Assembly (NCBI GenBank): GCA_964538855.1
Contig: CAZIEY010000002.1
Coordinates: forward strand, 1,709-65,708
Length of the DNA: 64,000 bases
Direction: 5' to 3'
DNA from: an uncultured Candidatus Saccharibacteria bacterium
GTDB taxonomy: Bacteria > Patescibacteriota > Minisyncoccia > Phycocordibacterales > JAACPR01
Part shown: positions 56,386-64,000 of the stretch, piece by piece
Layout: each line of letters opens with the position of its first letter
How positions within the stretch are numbered: the first letter of the stretch is position 1
The notes under the pieces: generated by a model
Databases searched by the model: none
Seen by the model: the letters and a program-made list of their open reading frames with translations, nothing else
What the model was told of the DNA's origin: nothing
Program-made: the position numbers and the translations under genes

Positions 56386-57701
56386 AAGAAAAATTATCAA
56401 CATTTCAAATTATTTTATTCGTAGTCCTCGGTTTCGCGATACTCATCGGAGTGCTGGTGTTTTCTTTTCAGCGTAGCAAGAGCGGGAATCAGACCGTGAA
56501 TGTGACTATGTGGGGTATGGTGCCGAATGAGATTATTATCACTTTGACTGATAAAATGAATGAGGCACATCGCGATTCAATTAATTTAACTTACACTCAA
56601 ATCCCACCTACAGAATTCGAATCGAAATTAGTCGAAGCGCTTGCGTCTGGAACTGGGCCAGACTTGGTGGTCTTTAATAATGATTTACTCGTGAAGCACG
56701 AAAACAAGCTCGCAAATATTACTTATGATTTTTATCCTCAGAAAACTTTCAAGGACACGTTTATTGGGGCCGGAGACATTTTGCTCAAAACTGATGGTAT
56801 TTCGGGCTTACCGTGGATAGTCGATCCGCTCGTGATGTATTATAATCGCACTATTTTGAATAATGAGGGTATCGCAGTGCCACCGAAATATTGGGATGAA
56901 TTTTTAGCGCTCGTACCGGCTCTTGTGAAGAAGGATTCTACGTTTAACTTGTCTCGTTCGGCGGTTTCTTTCGGAGAATTCCGCAATGTAAAGAACGCTC
57001 GCGAGATTTTTGCTACACTCGTTATGCAGGCGGGAAATCCAATCATTAGTCGAAATTTTTCACCAGCTGACACATTCGAACGAACGGCATTCATTTCTAC
57101 TTTCTCTGATCGTCTCGGTTTTAGTTTAGTTCCAGCCGAAGCAGCCCTTGCGTTCTTTACTCAATTTTCAAATCCGTCTAAAACTTCGTACTCGTGGAAT
57201 CGTGCTCTGCCAAATTCTGAAGATATGTTTTTGTTAGGTGACCTCGCATTTTATTTTGGTCGAGCAAGCGAATACGAGACGCTTCAACGCAAAAATCCAA
57301 ACCTGAATTTCGACGTTGCGATGATGCCGCAATCTCGTTCTACCGATCAGAAAACTGTTTACGCAGATTTGAGCTTTATTGGCCTTATTAAAAACTCTCC
57401 TAATTTACAAGCTGCATTTAATGCTGCGTTTCTTTTAACTAATTCTGAAAATATTAAAATCTTTTCTGATATAAGTAATTTGCCGCCAGTCCGTCGCGAT
57501 CTCTTGGTCAGTAGAAATGATAATGCAGCACTTCAAACCTTCTATTCTTCGGCCTTGATCGCACAACCGTTTGTTGACCCTAGTGTCGCAGATACCACTC
57601 GAATTCTCACTGATATGGTAGAATCAGTGGTATCAGGTCGCACAGGCGAGTCAGAATCAGTTCTACGCGCTGGTAGCGAATTGAAAAATTACTTGAAATA
57701 A
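56382..57701 (+). CDS. Extracellular solute-binding protein (ABC-transporter substrate-binding family 1) with an N-terminal anchor
   Basis: Signal anchor followed by the SBP-family-1 pattern. Confidence 0.55.
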   Translation: MKEKLSTFQIILFVVLGFAILIGVLVFSFQRSKSGNQTVNVTMWGMVPNEIIITLTDKMNEAHRDSINLTYTQIPPTEFESKLVEALASGTGPDLVVFNNDLLVKHENKLANITYDFYPQKTFKDTFIGAGDILLKTDGISGLPWIVDPLVMYYNRTILNNEGIAVPPKYWDEFLALVPALVKKDSTFNLSRSAVSFGEFRNVKNAREIFATLVMQAGNPIISRNFSPADTFERTAFISTFSDRLGFSLVPAEAALAFFTQFSNPSKTSYSWNRALPNSEDMFLLGDLAFYFGRASEYETLQRKNPNLNFDVAMMPQSRSTDQKTVYADLSFIGLIKNSPNLQAAFNAAFLLTNSENIKIFSDISNLPPVRRDLLVSRNDNAALQTFYSSALIAQPFVDPSVADTTRILTDMVESVVSGRTGESESVLRAGSELKNYLK

Positions 57702-57703
57702 TT

Positions 57704-58111
57704 ATGAAAACTTCTCACAAATTATCCCTGGTCCTCGTGAATATCTTTTTCTTTATATTTTTACTTTCTCCTCTCGTGCTACAAGCATCAACTACTTTAC
57801 CCGAAGATTGCCGGGGGCTAGTTTGCTGCTCAGACCCATCAGATTGCGATTTTGATGCTTTGATTTACACTATCGGCCATATCATTAGAAAGGTTCTAGA
57901 GATTGCTTTTGTATTTATCGCAGTAATGTTTGCGTACGCAGGGTTTAAATACATGACTTCTCAGGGTGATACGGGGCAAATCAAGGCGGCGCATGACATG
58001 TTTAGAAATGCTGCGGTGGGGATGATTATTACTTTGTGCTCGTTTTTAATTATAGAATTGATTACATCGACATTAGGTTTGGATGAATCAATTATTAAGT
58101 TGGTAAAGTAA
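57704..58111 (+). CDS. TrbC/VirB2-like pilin paralog 1
   Basis: Signal peptide then two TM helices separated by a short polar loop (FAYAGFKYMTSQGDTGQIKAA). Confidence 0.5.
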   Translation: MKTSHKLSLVLVNIFFFIFLLSPLVLQASTTLPEDCRGLVCCSDPSDCDFDALIYTIGHIIRKVLEIAFVFIAVMFAYAGFKYMTSQGDTGQIKAAHDMFRNAAVGMIITLCSFLIIELITSTLGLDESIIKLVK

Positions 58112-58113
58112 AT

Positions 58114-58500
58114 ATGAAAATCAAAACACTACGAGACAAGTTCAATAATATTGCAGCGCTATTGGTCTGTTTCCTTGCTCCCTCAGTAGCCGGCGCCAGC
58201 GAATCAGGAGGATTTGTTTTTAAAAACCCCATCTCAAAAGGAGATGATATTTATGTGTTAATCAAATCTCTTCTCGACGTTGTGGTAAAAGTTGGTACTT
58301 ACATCGTCATTGTAATGGTGATATATTCCGGATTTCTATTCGTCAAAGCGCAGGGTAACGAGAGCGCAATTAGCGAGGCTAAAAGTACTTTCTTCTGGAC
58401 GGTTATTGGCGGTGTTGTCCTCATCGGAGCAAAAGTCCTCGCGGGAGTTGTATGTAATACCGCCGTTGGTCTCGGTGCCGCGGTAAATTGTAGTATATAA
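58114..58500 (+). CDS. TrbC/VirB2-like pilin paralog 2
   Basis: Same architecture (IYSGFLFVKAQGNESAISEAK). Confidence 0.5.
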   Translation: MKIKTLRDKFNNIAALLVCFLAPSVAGASESGGFVFKNPISKGDDIYVLIKSLLDVVVKVGTYIVIVMVIYSGFLFVKAQGNESAISEAKSTFFWTVIGGVVLIGAKVLAGVVCNTAVGLGAAVNCSI

Positions 58501-58509
58501 TATAAAAAC

Positions 58510-58845
58510 ATGAACTTATTTGGAATTGCGGCAATTATACTGGGAATTATTTACGAGCTAGTTCCTCTTGCGATCGGAGTGGCAGTTCTCTATTTTTTGT
58601 GGGGATGCCTAAAATATGTAAAAGCTTCTGATGGTGAAACACAGGGCGAAGCTAAAAATATGATTACACACGGCATAATTATATTGTTCGTTATGGTTTC
58701 CGTCTGGGGGTTAGTGAATTTGATTGGAGAGACGTTTCAAATCGGTCCTCTGAATTTACGAAGTGAAACTGTAAATGTTGGTGGGGGTCTAGGAGGTGGT
58801 ACGACTTCTAGTAAAAGAATTTTTTGTTACGGACAAGGTTGTTAA
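58510..58845 (+). CDS. TrbC/VirB2-like pilin paralog 3
   Basis: LYFLWGCLKYVKASDGETQGEAKNMITHGIIILFVMVSVWGLVNLI. Confidence 0.5.
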   Translation: MNLFGIAAIILGIIYELVPLAIGVAVLYFLWGCLKYVKASDGETQGEAKNMITHGIIILFVMVSVWGLVNLIGETFQIGPLNLRSETVNVGGGLGGGTTSSKRIFCYGQGC

Positions 58846-58854
58846 TAAAAATAT

Positions 58855-59160
58855 ATGCCAAAACCATCAGGACAAGTTGCCACAAATTTAACCTTCGCAG
58901 GAATTGTAGATCTTGCAGTCTATTTACTACAATTTGTTGTGTGGATATTAATGGCGCTTGCTCTTTTGACCTTTTTATACGGACTCATGAGATACATGTT
59001 GAGTTCTGGCGACGATGGTGCACGATCAGAGAGTCGGCAATACATTATTTATGGAATACTGGGTTTGTTTGTGATGGTTGCAATGTGGGGGTTGGTCTCT
59101 GTATTAACAACTACCTTTATTCCGGGCGGTGATGTAGTCATTCCGGTCCTTCATGTGTAA
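58855..59160 (+). CDS. TrbC/VirB2-like pilin paralog 4
   Basis: LTFLYGLMRYMLSSGDDGARSESRQYIIYGILGLFVMVAMWGLVSVL. Confidence 0.5.
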   Translation: MPKPSGQVATNLTFAGIVDLAVYLLQFVVWILMALALLTFLYGLMRYMLSSGDDGARSESRQYIIYGILGLFVMVAMWGLVSVLTTTFIPGGDVVIPVLHV

Positions 59161-59247
59161 TAGCGCGACTGTTTATTTCTTTTTGTGCGGGTCTAAAATG
59201 TTGCTATAATAAAAGGGTATAGGATTTTATTAATTATAAATAATTAC

Positions 59248-59616
59248 ATGAAAAGAATTTCGACAGTTAATTTTGTGGCGGCTGCGATGTTTGCACTGAT
59301 GCCAGTAGTGACATTTGCGCAATCTTCAGGCCAAGGAGTTTTTAATATCTTGACATTGTTCTCAAGAATCGTTTCTGCATTGATTCCAATTGTCATCGGT
59401 ATCGCAGTTTTGATGTTTCTATGGGGTGTTCTCAAGTACGTTACTGCAAGCGATGAAGATGGTCAAAAGGAGGCAAAGACTACTATGATTTCTGGTATCG
59501 TAGTATTGTTCGTGATGGTGTCAATTTGGGGACTCGTCAACATTTTGGGTGATACTCTTTCTCTCAACAAGACTGCTCCACCACCTCCACAAATTCCTGG
59601 ATTCCAGTCTCGATAA
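59248..59616 (+). CDS. TrbC/VirB2-like pilin paralog 5 (clear signal peptide ...VTFAQ|SSG)
   Basis: VLMFLWGVLKYVTASDEDGQKEAKTTMISGIVVLFVMVSIWGLVNIL. Confidence 0.55.
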   Translation: MKRISTVNFVAAAMFALMPVVTFAQSSGQGVFNILTLFSRIVSALIPIVIGIAVLMFLWGVLKYVTASDEDGQKEAKTTMISGIVVLFVMVSIWGLVNILGDTLSLNKTAPPPPQIPGFQSR

Positions 59617-59628
59617 AATTGGTAATGT

Positions 59629-59871
59629 ATGGATGCCTTTCTGCAAAAATTGCTAGACACTATTATTAACCCGCTTATTACGTTGTTGTTTGCGTGTGCA
59701 GTCGTTTATTTCGTCTGGGGTGTATTCAATTACATCAAAGGCGAAGATAATGGTGGTGACCGCGAGACAGGCACAAAACACATAATGTGGGGGATAATCG
59801 GACTGTTTATTATGGTGTCTGCATATGCGATTGTTCAAATTGTAGGAAGAACATTCTTGATCATTCCGTAG
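59629..59871 (+). CDS. TrbC/VirB2-like pilin paralog 6 (no signal peptide)
   Basis: VVYFVWGVFNYIKGEDNGGDRETGTKHIMWGIIGLFIMVSAYAIVQIV. Confidence 0.45.
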   Translation: MDAFLQKLLDTIINPLITLLFACAVVYFVWGVFNYIKGEDNGGDRETGTKHIMWGIIGLFIMVSAYAIVQIVGRTFLIIP

Positions 59872-59894
59872 TAGCAGAATGGGTTCGTAGAAAA

Positions 59895-59945
59895 AGCAAT
59901 TAAAAAAGCCGCGTGAGTGTCTGTCACACACTACGCGGCTTTTGC
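59895..59945. terminator. Bidirectional terminator (CCGCGTGAGTGT-N-ACACACTACGCGG flanked by A-run and T-run)
   Basis: Hairpin between convergent genes. Confidence 0.5.
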
Positions 59946-59972
59946 TTCACACAGCGATTCAATTTGGGGTTT

Positions 59973-60491
59973 TCACCTCTCCTTGTATCGCAGTGTGAAG
60001 GAAGATGCTGGACATCTTTCAGGCACTTTGGCCTGTAGGAGATCCGTCACCTTGTCGAGCCCCACGTCCCAACGGACATAAGGACTGTCTTCCGTCCAGC
60101 GGTCACCCTTATCCGCTGGGGTCCACTGCTCGCCACGTGAATTTCGCATGTGGCGTTGGTCCGAGCTAACCGGAACCCAGTGGGTGATCTTGTTGCCATT
60201 GGTATCCACGCGGATGCTTCCGGCCCGAAGCAAGACCACGTTCCCAGAGTCCGTCCCAACCTCTTGTCGGTTGGTTTCGTACTCCTTGACTTCACCTGGG
60301 AGGATGAGGTCTGAGATGGAGGTGGGCAGGGGTTTGGGTGCAGGCGGAACCACCCCCACCTGCACCTTTGTCGTAATCGTGGATGTCGGTGGTGGTGGGG
60401 TCATCAACCATGAGACGAAATTCGGCCCATAGATGAGTGCAGTCAGCAAGATGACGCTGACACTGAACCATTTCAACTTAGAACCTTTCAC
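59973..60491 (-). CDS. Hypothetical secreted/anchored Pro-rich protein, GC-rich
   Basis: N-terminal TM/signal, then a PPPPTSTITTKVQVGVVPPAPKPLP linker. GC is visibly above the genome background. Confidence 0.4.
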   Translation of the reverse strand: MKGSKLKWFSVSVILLTALIYGPNFVSWLMTPPPPTSTITTKVQVGVVPPAPKPLPTSISDLILPGEVKEYETNRQEVGTDSGNVVLLRAGSIRVDTNGNKITHWVPVSSDQRHMRNSRGEQWTPADKGDRWTEDSPYVRWDVGLDKVTDLLQAKVPERCPASSFTLRYKER

Positions 60492-61672
60492 TTTCCACCT
60501 TCCTTGCCTTGTTTGCGTCTACGACTCATCACTTCGCCCGCAAGCCTTGCCACATCTTCGGGGTTGGTAAGACTGACACTTTCAAGTCCGCGAAGCTCGA
60601 GGATATCCTTCCGGATATCTCCGATACCTGTCGAGATTTGCGCCTGTTCTAGCCAATATTGCCGTTCCTTGCGACCCTCTTCAGTCTTGGCTAAGTTGTT
60701 GATGTTGTCTCCTGCTAATTCTGACGCAACTTCGATTAGTTTCTTTGCAAGTGCGATGTCTCCGAGAACCTTTTTGTATTCAGGTTCCCAGTCCACCTTT
60801 TTATAGAGCACTTGCTTTATTTTCACGCCAAGTGTGCGAGTCATGTCTGTCAAATGTGCAATAACACTCACTCCGATCTCAGAGGTTTTATTCATTAGAT
60901 AATCGGAGCTTTTGGTTTTTGCAAGTTGCCCTGCATACTCTGCGGCAGCATTTTCAAGTACATCAGTGACGTACTCTACTCGTTTTGCCTCGATCGGGTT
61001 GATTTGGGCGTACAGCTGTACTTGGTTTGCATCTGGATCAGGTTCCCAGATAAGCATCTGTTCCCCGACCACATTCGCAGCCCCACTTGCTGGTTCCCAC
61101 TCAAAACTCTGTTCCGGAGTATTGTGTTTTCGTAACTCAACCCATTTTTCTTCGGACAATTTCTTGATGTGGATTAACCAAGCAGTTATCCTACCTGCTT
61201 TACCGATCAAGTACATCTGTATTCCTGTAACAGAATCCTTCTTCCCAAAAAAACGATCTTGGAACAAAGGGATTTTGTTATTATCTGGAGTACAGATGAG
61301 CATGGTCATGATCGCGAACACGGCACTCGTGCTCAAAATAAATGCCCATCGGCACAAATGCACGGCAGTCGGTATTTTGTGCAGAATGATACCCGAGAGT
61401 AGCATTCCGACGAAGACCGAGACTCCGCCAATGACGACCCAAGGGCCGGATTGGTCCATCTCATTTTTCGTTTGGTTTTTTCGGACACTGGTAACATATG
61501 CTACCAGACTGATCACGAGTGCGATCAGTGAGAGAATAATCCAGAAGTTCATGTCAGGTTTCCTTTGCGTCGGTTTTCTCAAAGATCTCGAGGAATTGAA
61601 CCTCGTTTCGGGCAGAGCAAGACGCTCTTCCGATACTCGTGCATTATAGCACACATTATTGACATCTGTCAA
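60488..61672 (-). CDS. Hypothetical membrane protein (possibly SPFH/band-7-like C-terminal domain), GC-rich
   Basis: Multiple N-terminal TM helices. The C-terminal half is a charged coiled region. ATGA overlap with the downstream gene. Confidence 0.4.
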   Translation of the reverse strand: MTDVNNVCYNARVSEERLALPETRFNSSRSLRKPTQRKPDMNFWIILSLIALVISLVAYVTSVRKNQTKNEMDQSGPWVVIGGVSVFVGMLLSGIILHKIPTAVHLCRWAFILSTSAVFAIMTMLICTPDNNKIPLFQDRFFGKKDSVTGIQMYLIGKAGRITAWLIHIKKLSEEKWVELRKHNTPEQSFEWEPASGAANVVGEQMLIWEPDPDANQVQLYAQINPIEAKRVEYVTDVLENAAAEYAGQLAKTKSSDYLMNKTSEIGVSVIAHLTDMTRTLGVKIKQVLYKKVDWEPEYKKVLGDIALAKKLIEVASELAGDNINNLAKTEEGRKERQYWLEQAQISTGIGDIRKDILELRGLESVSLTNPEDVARLAGEVMSRRRKQGKEGGK

Positions 61673-61774
61673 TCTACGTGTTCTCCTTATTTTAAGGCCT
61701 TAAAACCAGCTTTTGACTGTTGTGCAGGAGAGAGGACTTGGTCACGAATCACTAAGCTTTTTTTACACAGTTAA

Positions 61775-61812
61775 TAAAAATCACCCACCAAAAAGGTGAG
61801 TGATTTTTATTA
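61775..61812. terminator. Terminator hairpin (AATCACCCACC-aaaaa-GGTGAGTGATT plus T-run)
   Basis: Imperfect 10 bp stem flanked by an A-run and a T-run. Confidence 0.45.
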
Positions 61813-61815
61813 ATG

Positions 61816-61896
61816 TGCACGAGAGAGGACTTGAACCTCCAAGGATTGCTCCACTAGTTCCTAAGACTAGCGCGTATACCATTCCGCCACTCGTGC
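61816..61896 (-). tRNA. tRNA-Leu (anticodon TAG), long variable arm, CCA not encoded
   Basis: Reverse complement: GCACGAG TG GCG GAATGGTATA CGC G CTAGT CTTAGGA ACTAG ... GGAGG TTCAAGT CCTCT CTCGTGC A. Confidence 0.75.
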
Positions 61897-61930
61897 ATGC
61901 GTTTTGTTCGGCCGCCGCCGTAAAAACGTG

Positions 61931-62003
61931 TCCACCCAGTAGGATTCGAACCTACGACCTTCCGCTTAAGAGGCGATTGCTCTACCAACTGAGCTATGGA
62001 TGG
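61931..62003 (-). tRNA. tRNA-Lys (anticodon CTT), CCA not encoded
   Basis: Reverse complement: CCATCCA TA GCTC AGTTGGTA GAGC A ATCGC CTCTTAA GCGGA AGGTC GTAGG TTCGAAT CCTAC TGGGTGG A. Confidence 0.7.
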
Positions 62004-62050
62004 AATCCCTACAAGAGTAACAGAGAAAACGACTTCCGACAAGAAGGAGT

Positions 62051-62740
62051 TTACTTTTTGGAGTCAGATGCTTCGTAATGCCAGTGCCATGGTTCATGAA
62101 CAATACCGGACTGATTATCTTTTGGGTATGATTCGAAAAAACCAAAATGTGCCGCATGTGCCAAAAGCCACGCGTATTCTTTGGTGGTTGCAAATTTTGA
62201 TTCGGGTCCGGTGTTTGGAGTGTCACCTTCGATCATGACGTCGATTGCCTGATGATCCGGGGCGCCGTGTTCGCTGTATCCGGGGATTGCAACGCTTTTC
62301 AAAGTTTTCGCGATATCAAAATTATTAGCGCGTAAATTCCATAGAAAAACAATTGTTTGATATGCAGGGGACCGATAGCCTGAAAAAATAACAATCTTTT
62401 TTCCGATTTCTTGTTGCATGGCAGCATTCATATTTTGAAAAGCAAGTAGGACGGGTTCTGGTAACAGCTGCTCGCCATATGATTCGGGAACGAGCTTGAT
62501 ATTTTCTGGAACTGGTTGTAGGTCAAAGTATTGTCCCTGGAATCCGTATTCACGCGGGTCGATTTTAAGGAGGGAATGGATATATTCTTGAACGTCTTCA
62601 TCAAACGGCGACAAAAGATCAGGGAAGTCCATCGTTGCTCGTTCGTGTGGAGTTTTTCGGATTTTATTTATTGTGTCGATAATCCGCGTGACACGTTTGT
62701 GGTCAGGAGTCTGTAGAACTTCGTTATGATATTCATCCAT
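62051..62740 (-). CDS. D-Ala-D-Ala carboxypeptidase (peptidase M15B, VanY-like)
   Basis: SGYRS, GYSEHGAPDHQAIDV and EPWHWHYE motifs. Start trimmed to MDEYHNEV because the longer ORF runs through the tRNA genes. Confidence 0.65.
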   Translation of the reverse strand: MDEYHNEVLQTPDHKRVTRIIDTINKIRKTPHERATMDFPDLLSPFDEDVQEYIHSLLKIDPREYGFQGQYFDLQPVPENIKLVPESYGEQLLPEPVLLAFQNMNAAMQQEIGKKIVIFSGYRSPAYQTIVFLWNLRANNFDIAKTLKSVAIPGYSEHGAPDHQAIDVMIEGDTPNTGPESKFATTKEYAWLLAHAAHFGFFESYPKDNQSGIVHEPWHWHYEASDSKK

Positions 62741-62825
62741 GGTGCCCGAGGAGGGACTTGAACCCTCATCCCTTGCGAGACACAATTTTAAGTCGTGCGT
62801 GTATACCATTCCACCACTCGGGCAA
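62741..62825 (-). tRNA. tRNA-Leu (anticodon TAA), long variable arm, CCA encoded
   Basis: Reverse complement: GCCCGAG TG GTG GAATGGTATA CAC G CACGA CTTAAAA TTGTG ... GAGGG TTCAAGT CCCTC CTCGGGC A CCA. Confidence 0.75.
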
Positions 62826-62849
62826 ATTTCTGTAATTTTTTTACAGGAG

Positions 62850-62919
62850 GTGCGGGTGGGGATTGAACCCACGTATGGCAGTTTTGCAAACTGCAGCGTT
62901 ACCACTTCGCCACCGCACC
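62850..62919 (-). tRNA. tRNA-Cys (anticodon GCA), discriminator U
   Basis: Reverse complement: GGTGCGG TG GCG AAGTGGTAA CGC T GCAGT TTGCAAA ACTGC CATAC GTGGG TTCAATC CCCAC CCGCACC T. Confidence 0.7.
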
Positions 62920-62924
62920 ATTAT

Positions 62925-63260
62925 TTATATTTTGATATCAGGATTTTCTGACATTGCTCTCCGGATTTTTTCGCCTTGGTCGAACACAAAATCGAATTGA
63001 GGAATTTTGCCGAGACGCGTCTTTGTTTTGACAAACTCCTTGAAATCACGGCGTTTGCGCTTTAAAAAATCAAGCACCGCGTCGACCTTGTGGTCTGGGA
63101 AAACTGTAACAAAAATTGTGCATTTTTGAAAGTCCCCAGACGCAGTAACGTTAGTAACAGTAATAAGCGATTGGTGATTTGACTCCATTTGAATAAAATC
63201 CGAAGCCACTCGTGTAATTACTTCTTTAAATTTATCATCGCGAAAATCAGGGGTATGCAT
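62925..63260 (-). CDS. rbfA: Ribosome-binding factor A
   Basis: KFKEVITRVASDFIQ...LITVTNVTASGDFQKCTIFVTV matches the RbfA pattern. Start trimmed to MHTPDF to avoid overlap with infB. Confidence 0.6.
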   Translation of the reverse strand: MHTPDFRDDKFKEVITRVASDFIQMESNHQSLITVTNVTASGDFQKCTIFVTVFPDHKVDAVLDFLKRKRRDFKEFVKTKTRLGKIPQFDFVFDQGEKIRRAMSENPDIKI

Positions 63261-63264
63261 ATGT

Positions 63265-64000
63265 TTATTTCTTAACAATTTCAAATGCTTCGATTTCGTC
63301 GCCTGGCGCAATTTCGATTTTAGCTTCGATAGAGGTGCCAAATTCCGATCCTTCAATTACGCTTGTGGCGACTGCTTTACTTTGTTGCAAACCCTTGATT
63401 ATACCGCGGCCGATTTCTTCGTCGCGTCGCATAATTTTAATTTGATTACCGGTTTCAATGACACCTTCTTTGACTCGACCACCGAGCACCTGATTATTTT
63501 TTGAAGCATTAAAAATTTTGAGCACTTTGAAAATTCCTTTGCGTTCTTCAACTTCGACACGCGGACGCATTTCTTCGGCAGTCTTTTTCACCCAATCCGT
63601 CAATTCGTAAATGATGTTGAATACATTGATAGAAAGACCAGTTCGTTCTTTAATGTTCTCGGCTTGTTTATCAATTTCAATTCCAAAACCAACAATCAGC
63701 GTATTTTCATTAGTTGCGGCGATTTTCGCGTCCTTTTCTCCGATATTTCCGGTTCCGCTATACACGATTTTCAATTCGGCGCTGAGCAATTTGATTTTTC
63801 CAAGTTCGTATTCAATTGCTTCGATGGAACCTTGGGTGTCGGCTTTGATGATGACAGGTACGATAAAATTGTCCGCGTTTTCAATATGCTTAAGAGTTGG
63901 AATTTTCTTAATGCCTTCGGAACACGACGCGCAATATTTTTCAGCCTCCTTTTTTGTATCAAAAGTTTGGAAGGTAAGTCCAACACCTGGCAAATCGTTC
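63265..64000 (-). CDS. infB: Translation initiation factor IF-2, C-terminal part (gene continues beyond the window end)
   Basis: IF-2 C-terminal domains (VIIKADTQGSIEAI..., beta-barrel II). The N-terminus lies off-window. Confidence 0.75.
   Translation of the reverse strand, partial: NDLPGVGLTFQTFDTKKEAEKYCASCSEGIKKIPTLKHIENADNFIVPVIIKADTQGSIEAIEYELGKIKLLSAELKIVYSGTGNIGEKDAKIAATNENTLIVGFGIEIDKQAENIKERTGLSINVFNIIYELTDWVKKTAEEMRPRVEVEERKGIFKVLKIFNASKNNQVLGGRVKEGVIETGNQIKIMRRDEEIGRGIIKGLQQSKAVATSVIEGSEFGTSIEAKIEIAPGDEIEAFEIVKK

Noticed and set aside
62741-62905. N-terminal 55 codons of the 284-aa ORF 62051-62905 (…KLPYVGSIPTRTSCKK…)
   Set aside because: They read through tRNA-Leu(TAA) and tRNA-Cys on the antisense strand. 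The true VanY start is MDEYHNEV at 62740.
1-64000. CRISPR arrays
   Set aside because: No regularly spaced short direct repeats were seen. The repeated elements found are long, hairpin-forming and irregularly spaced.

Overview
This window is a low-GC (about 35-40%) stretch of bacterial chromosome with compact, small genes, several tRNAs that lack an encoded CCA, and a reduced gene set, which together suggest a Patescibacteria/CPR-type organism. Housekeeping genes present include lepA, murJ, pyrB, pyrH, valS, tsaD, trxB, ftsZ, ftsA, ybeY, rpsU, rpsA, lepB, pth, gyrA, rbfA and the 3' end of infB. There is an RNase P RNA and nine tRNAs: Ser-CGA, Arg-CCT, Phe-GAA, Val-GAC, Glu-TTC, Leu-TAG, Lys-CTT, Leu-TAA and Cys-GCA. 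Accessory content is rich. (1) An 11 kb Type I restriction-modification island carries hsdM, hsdS and hsdR interleaved with a Com-like zinc ribbon, a DinD/Bro-N gene, an unknown membrane protein, an HNH nuclease, a P-loop NTPase and an HExxH protein. (2) A conserved promoter module is repeated three times and drives two PemK/MazF-like toxin paralogs, each followed by a conserved three-hairpin 3' element, and a frameshifted NYN nuclease gene. (3) Two families of about 130-150 nt hairpin-enclosed elements show conserved cores and covarying stems: three copies around tRNA-Arg, tRNA-Phe and hsp20, and two copies at the 3' ends of ftsZ and rpsA. (4) There are six tandem TrbC/VirB2-like small pilin paralogs. 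(5) Several GC-rich segments look foreign and carry a PurO-like gene, small secreted proteins and a Trp/Pro-rich micro-ORF. (6) A large secreted SGNH-hydrolase carries two peptidoglycan-binding domains. All calls come from reading the sequence and ORF translations. No database search was run.
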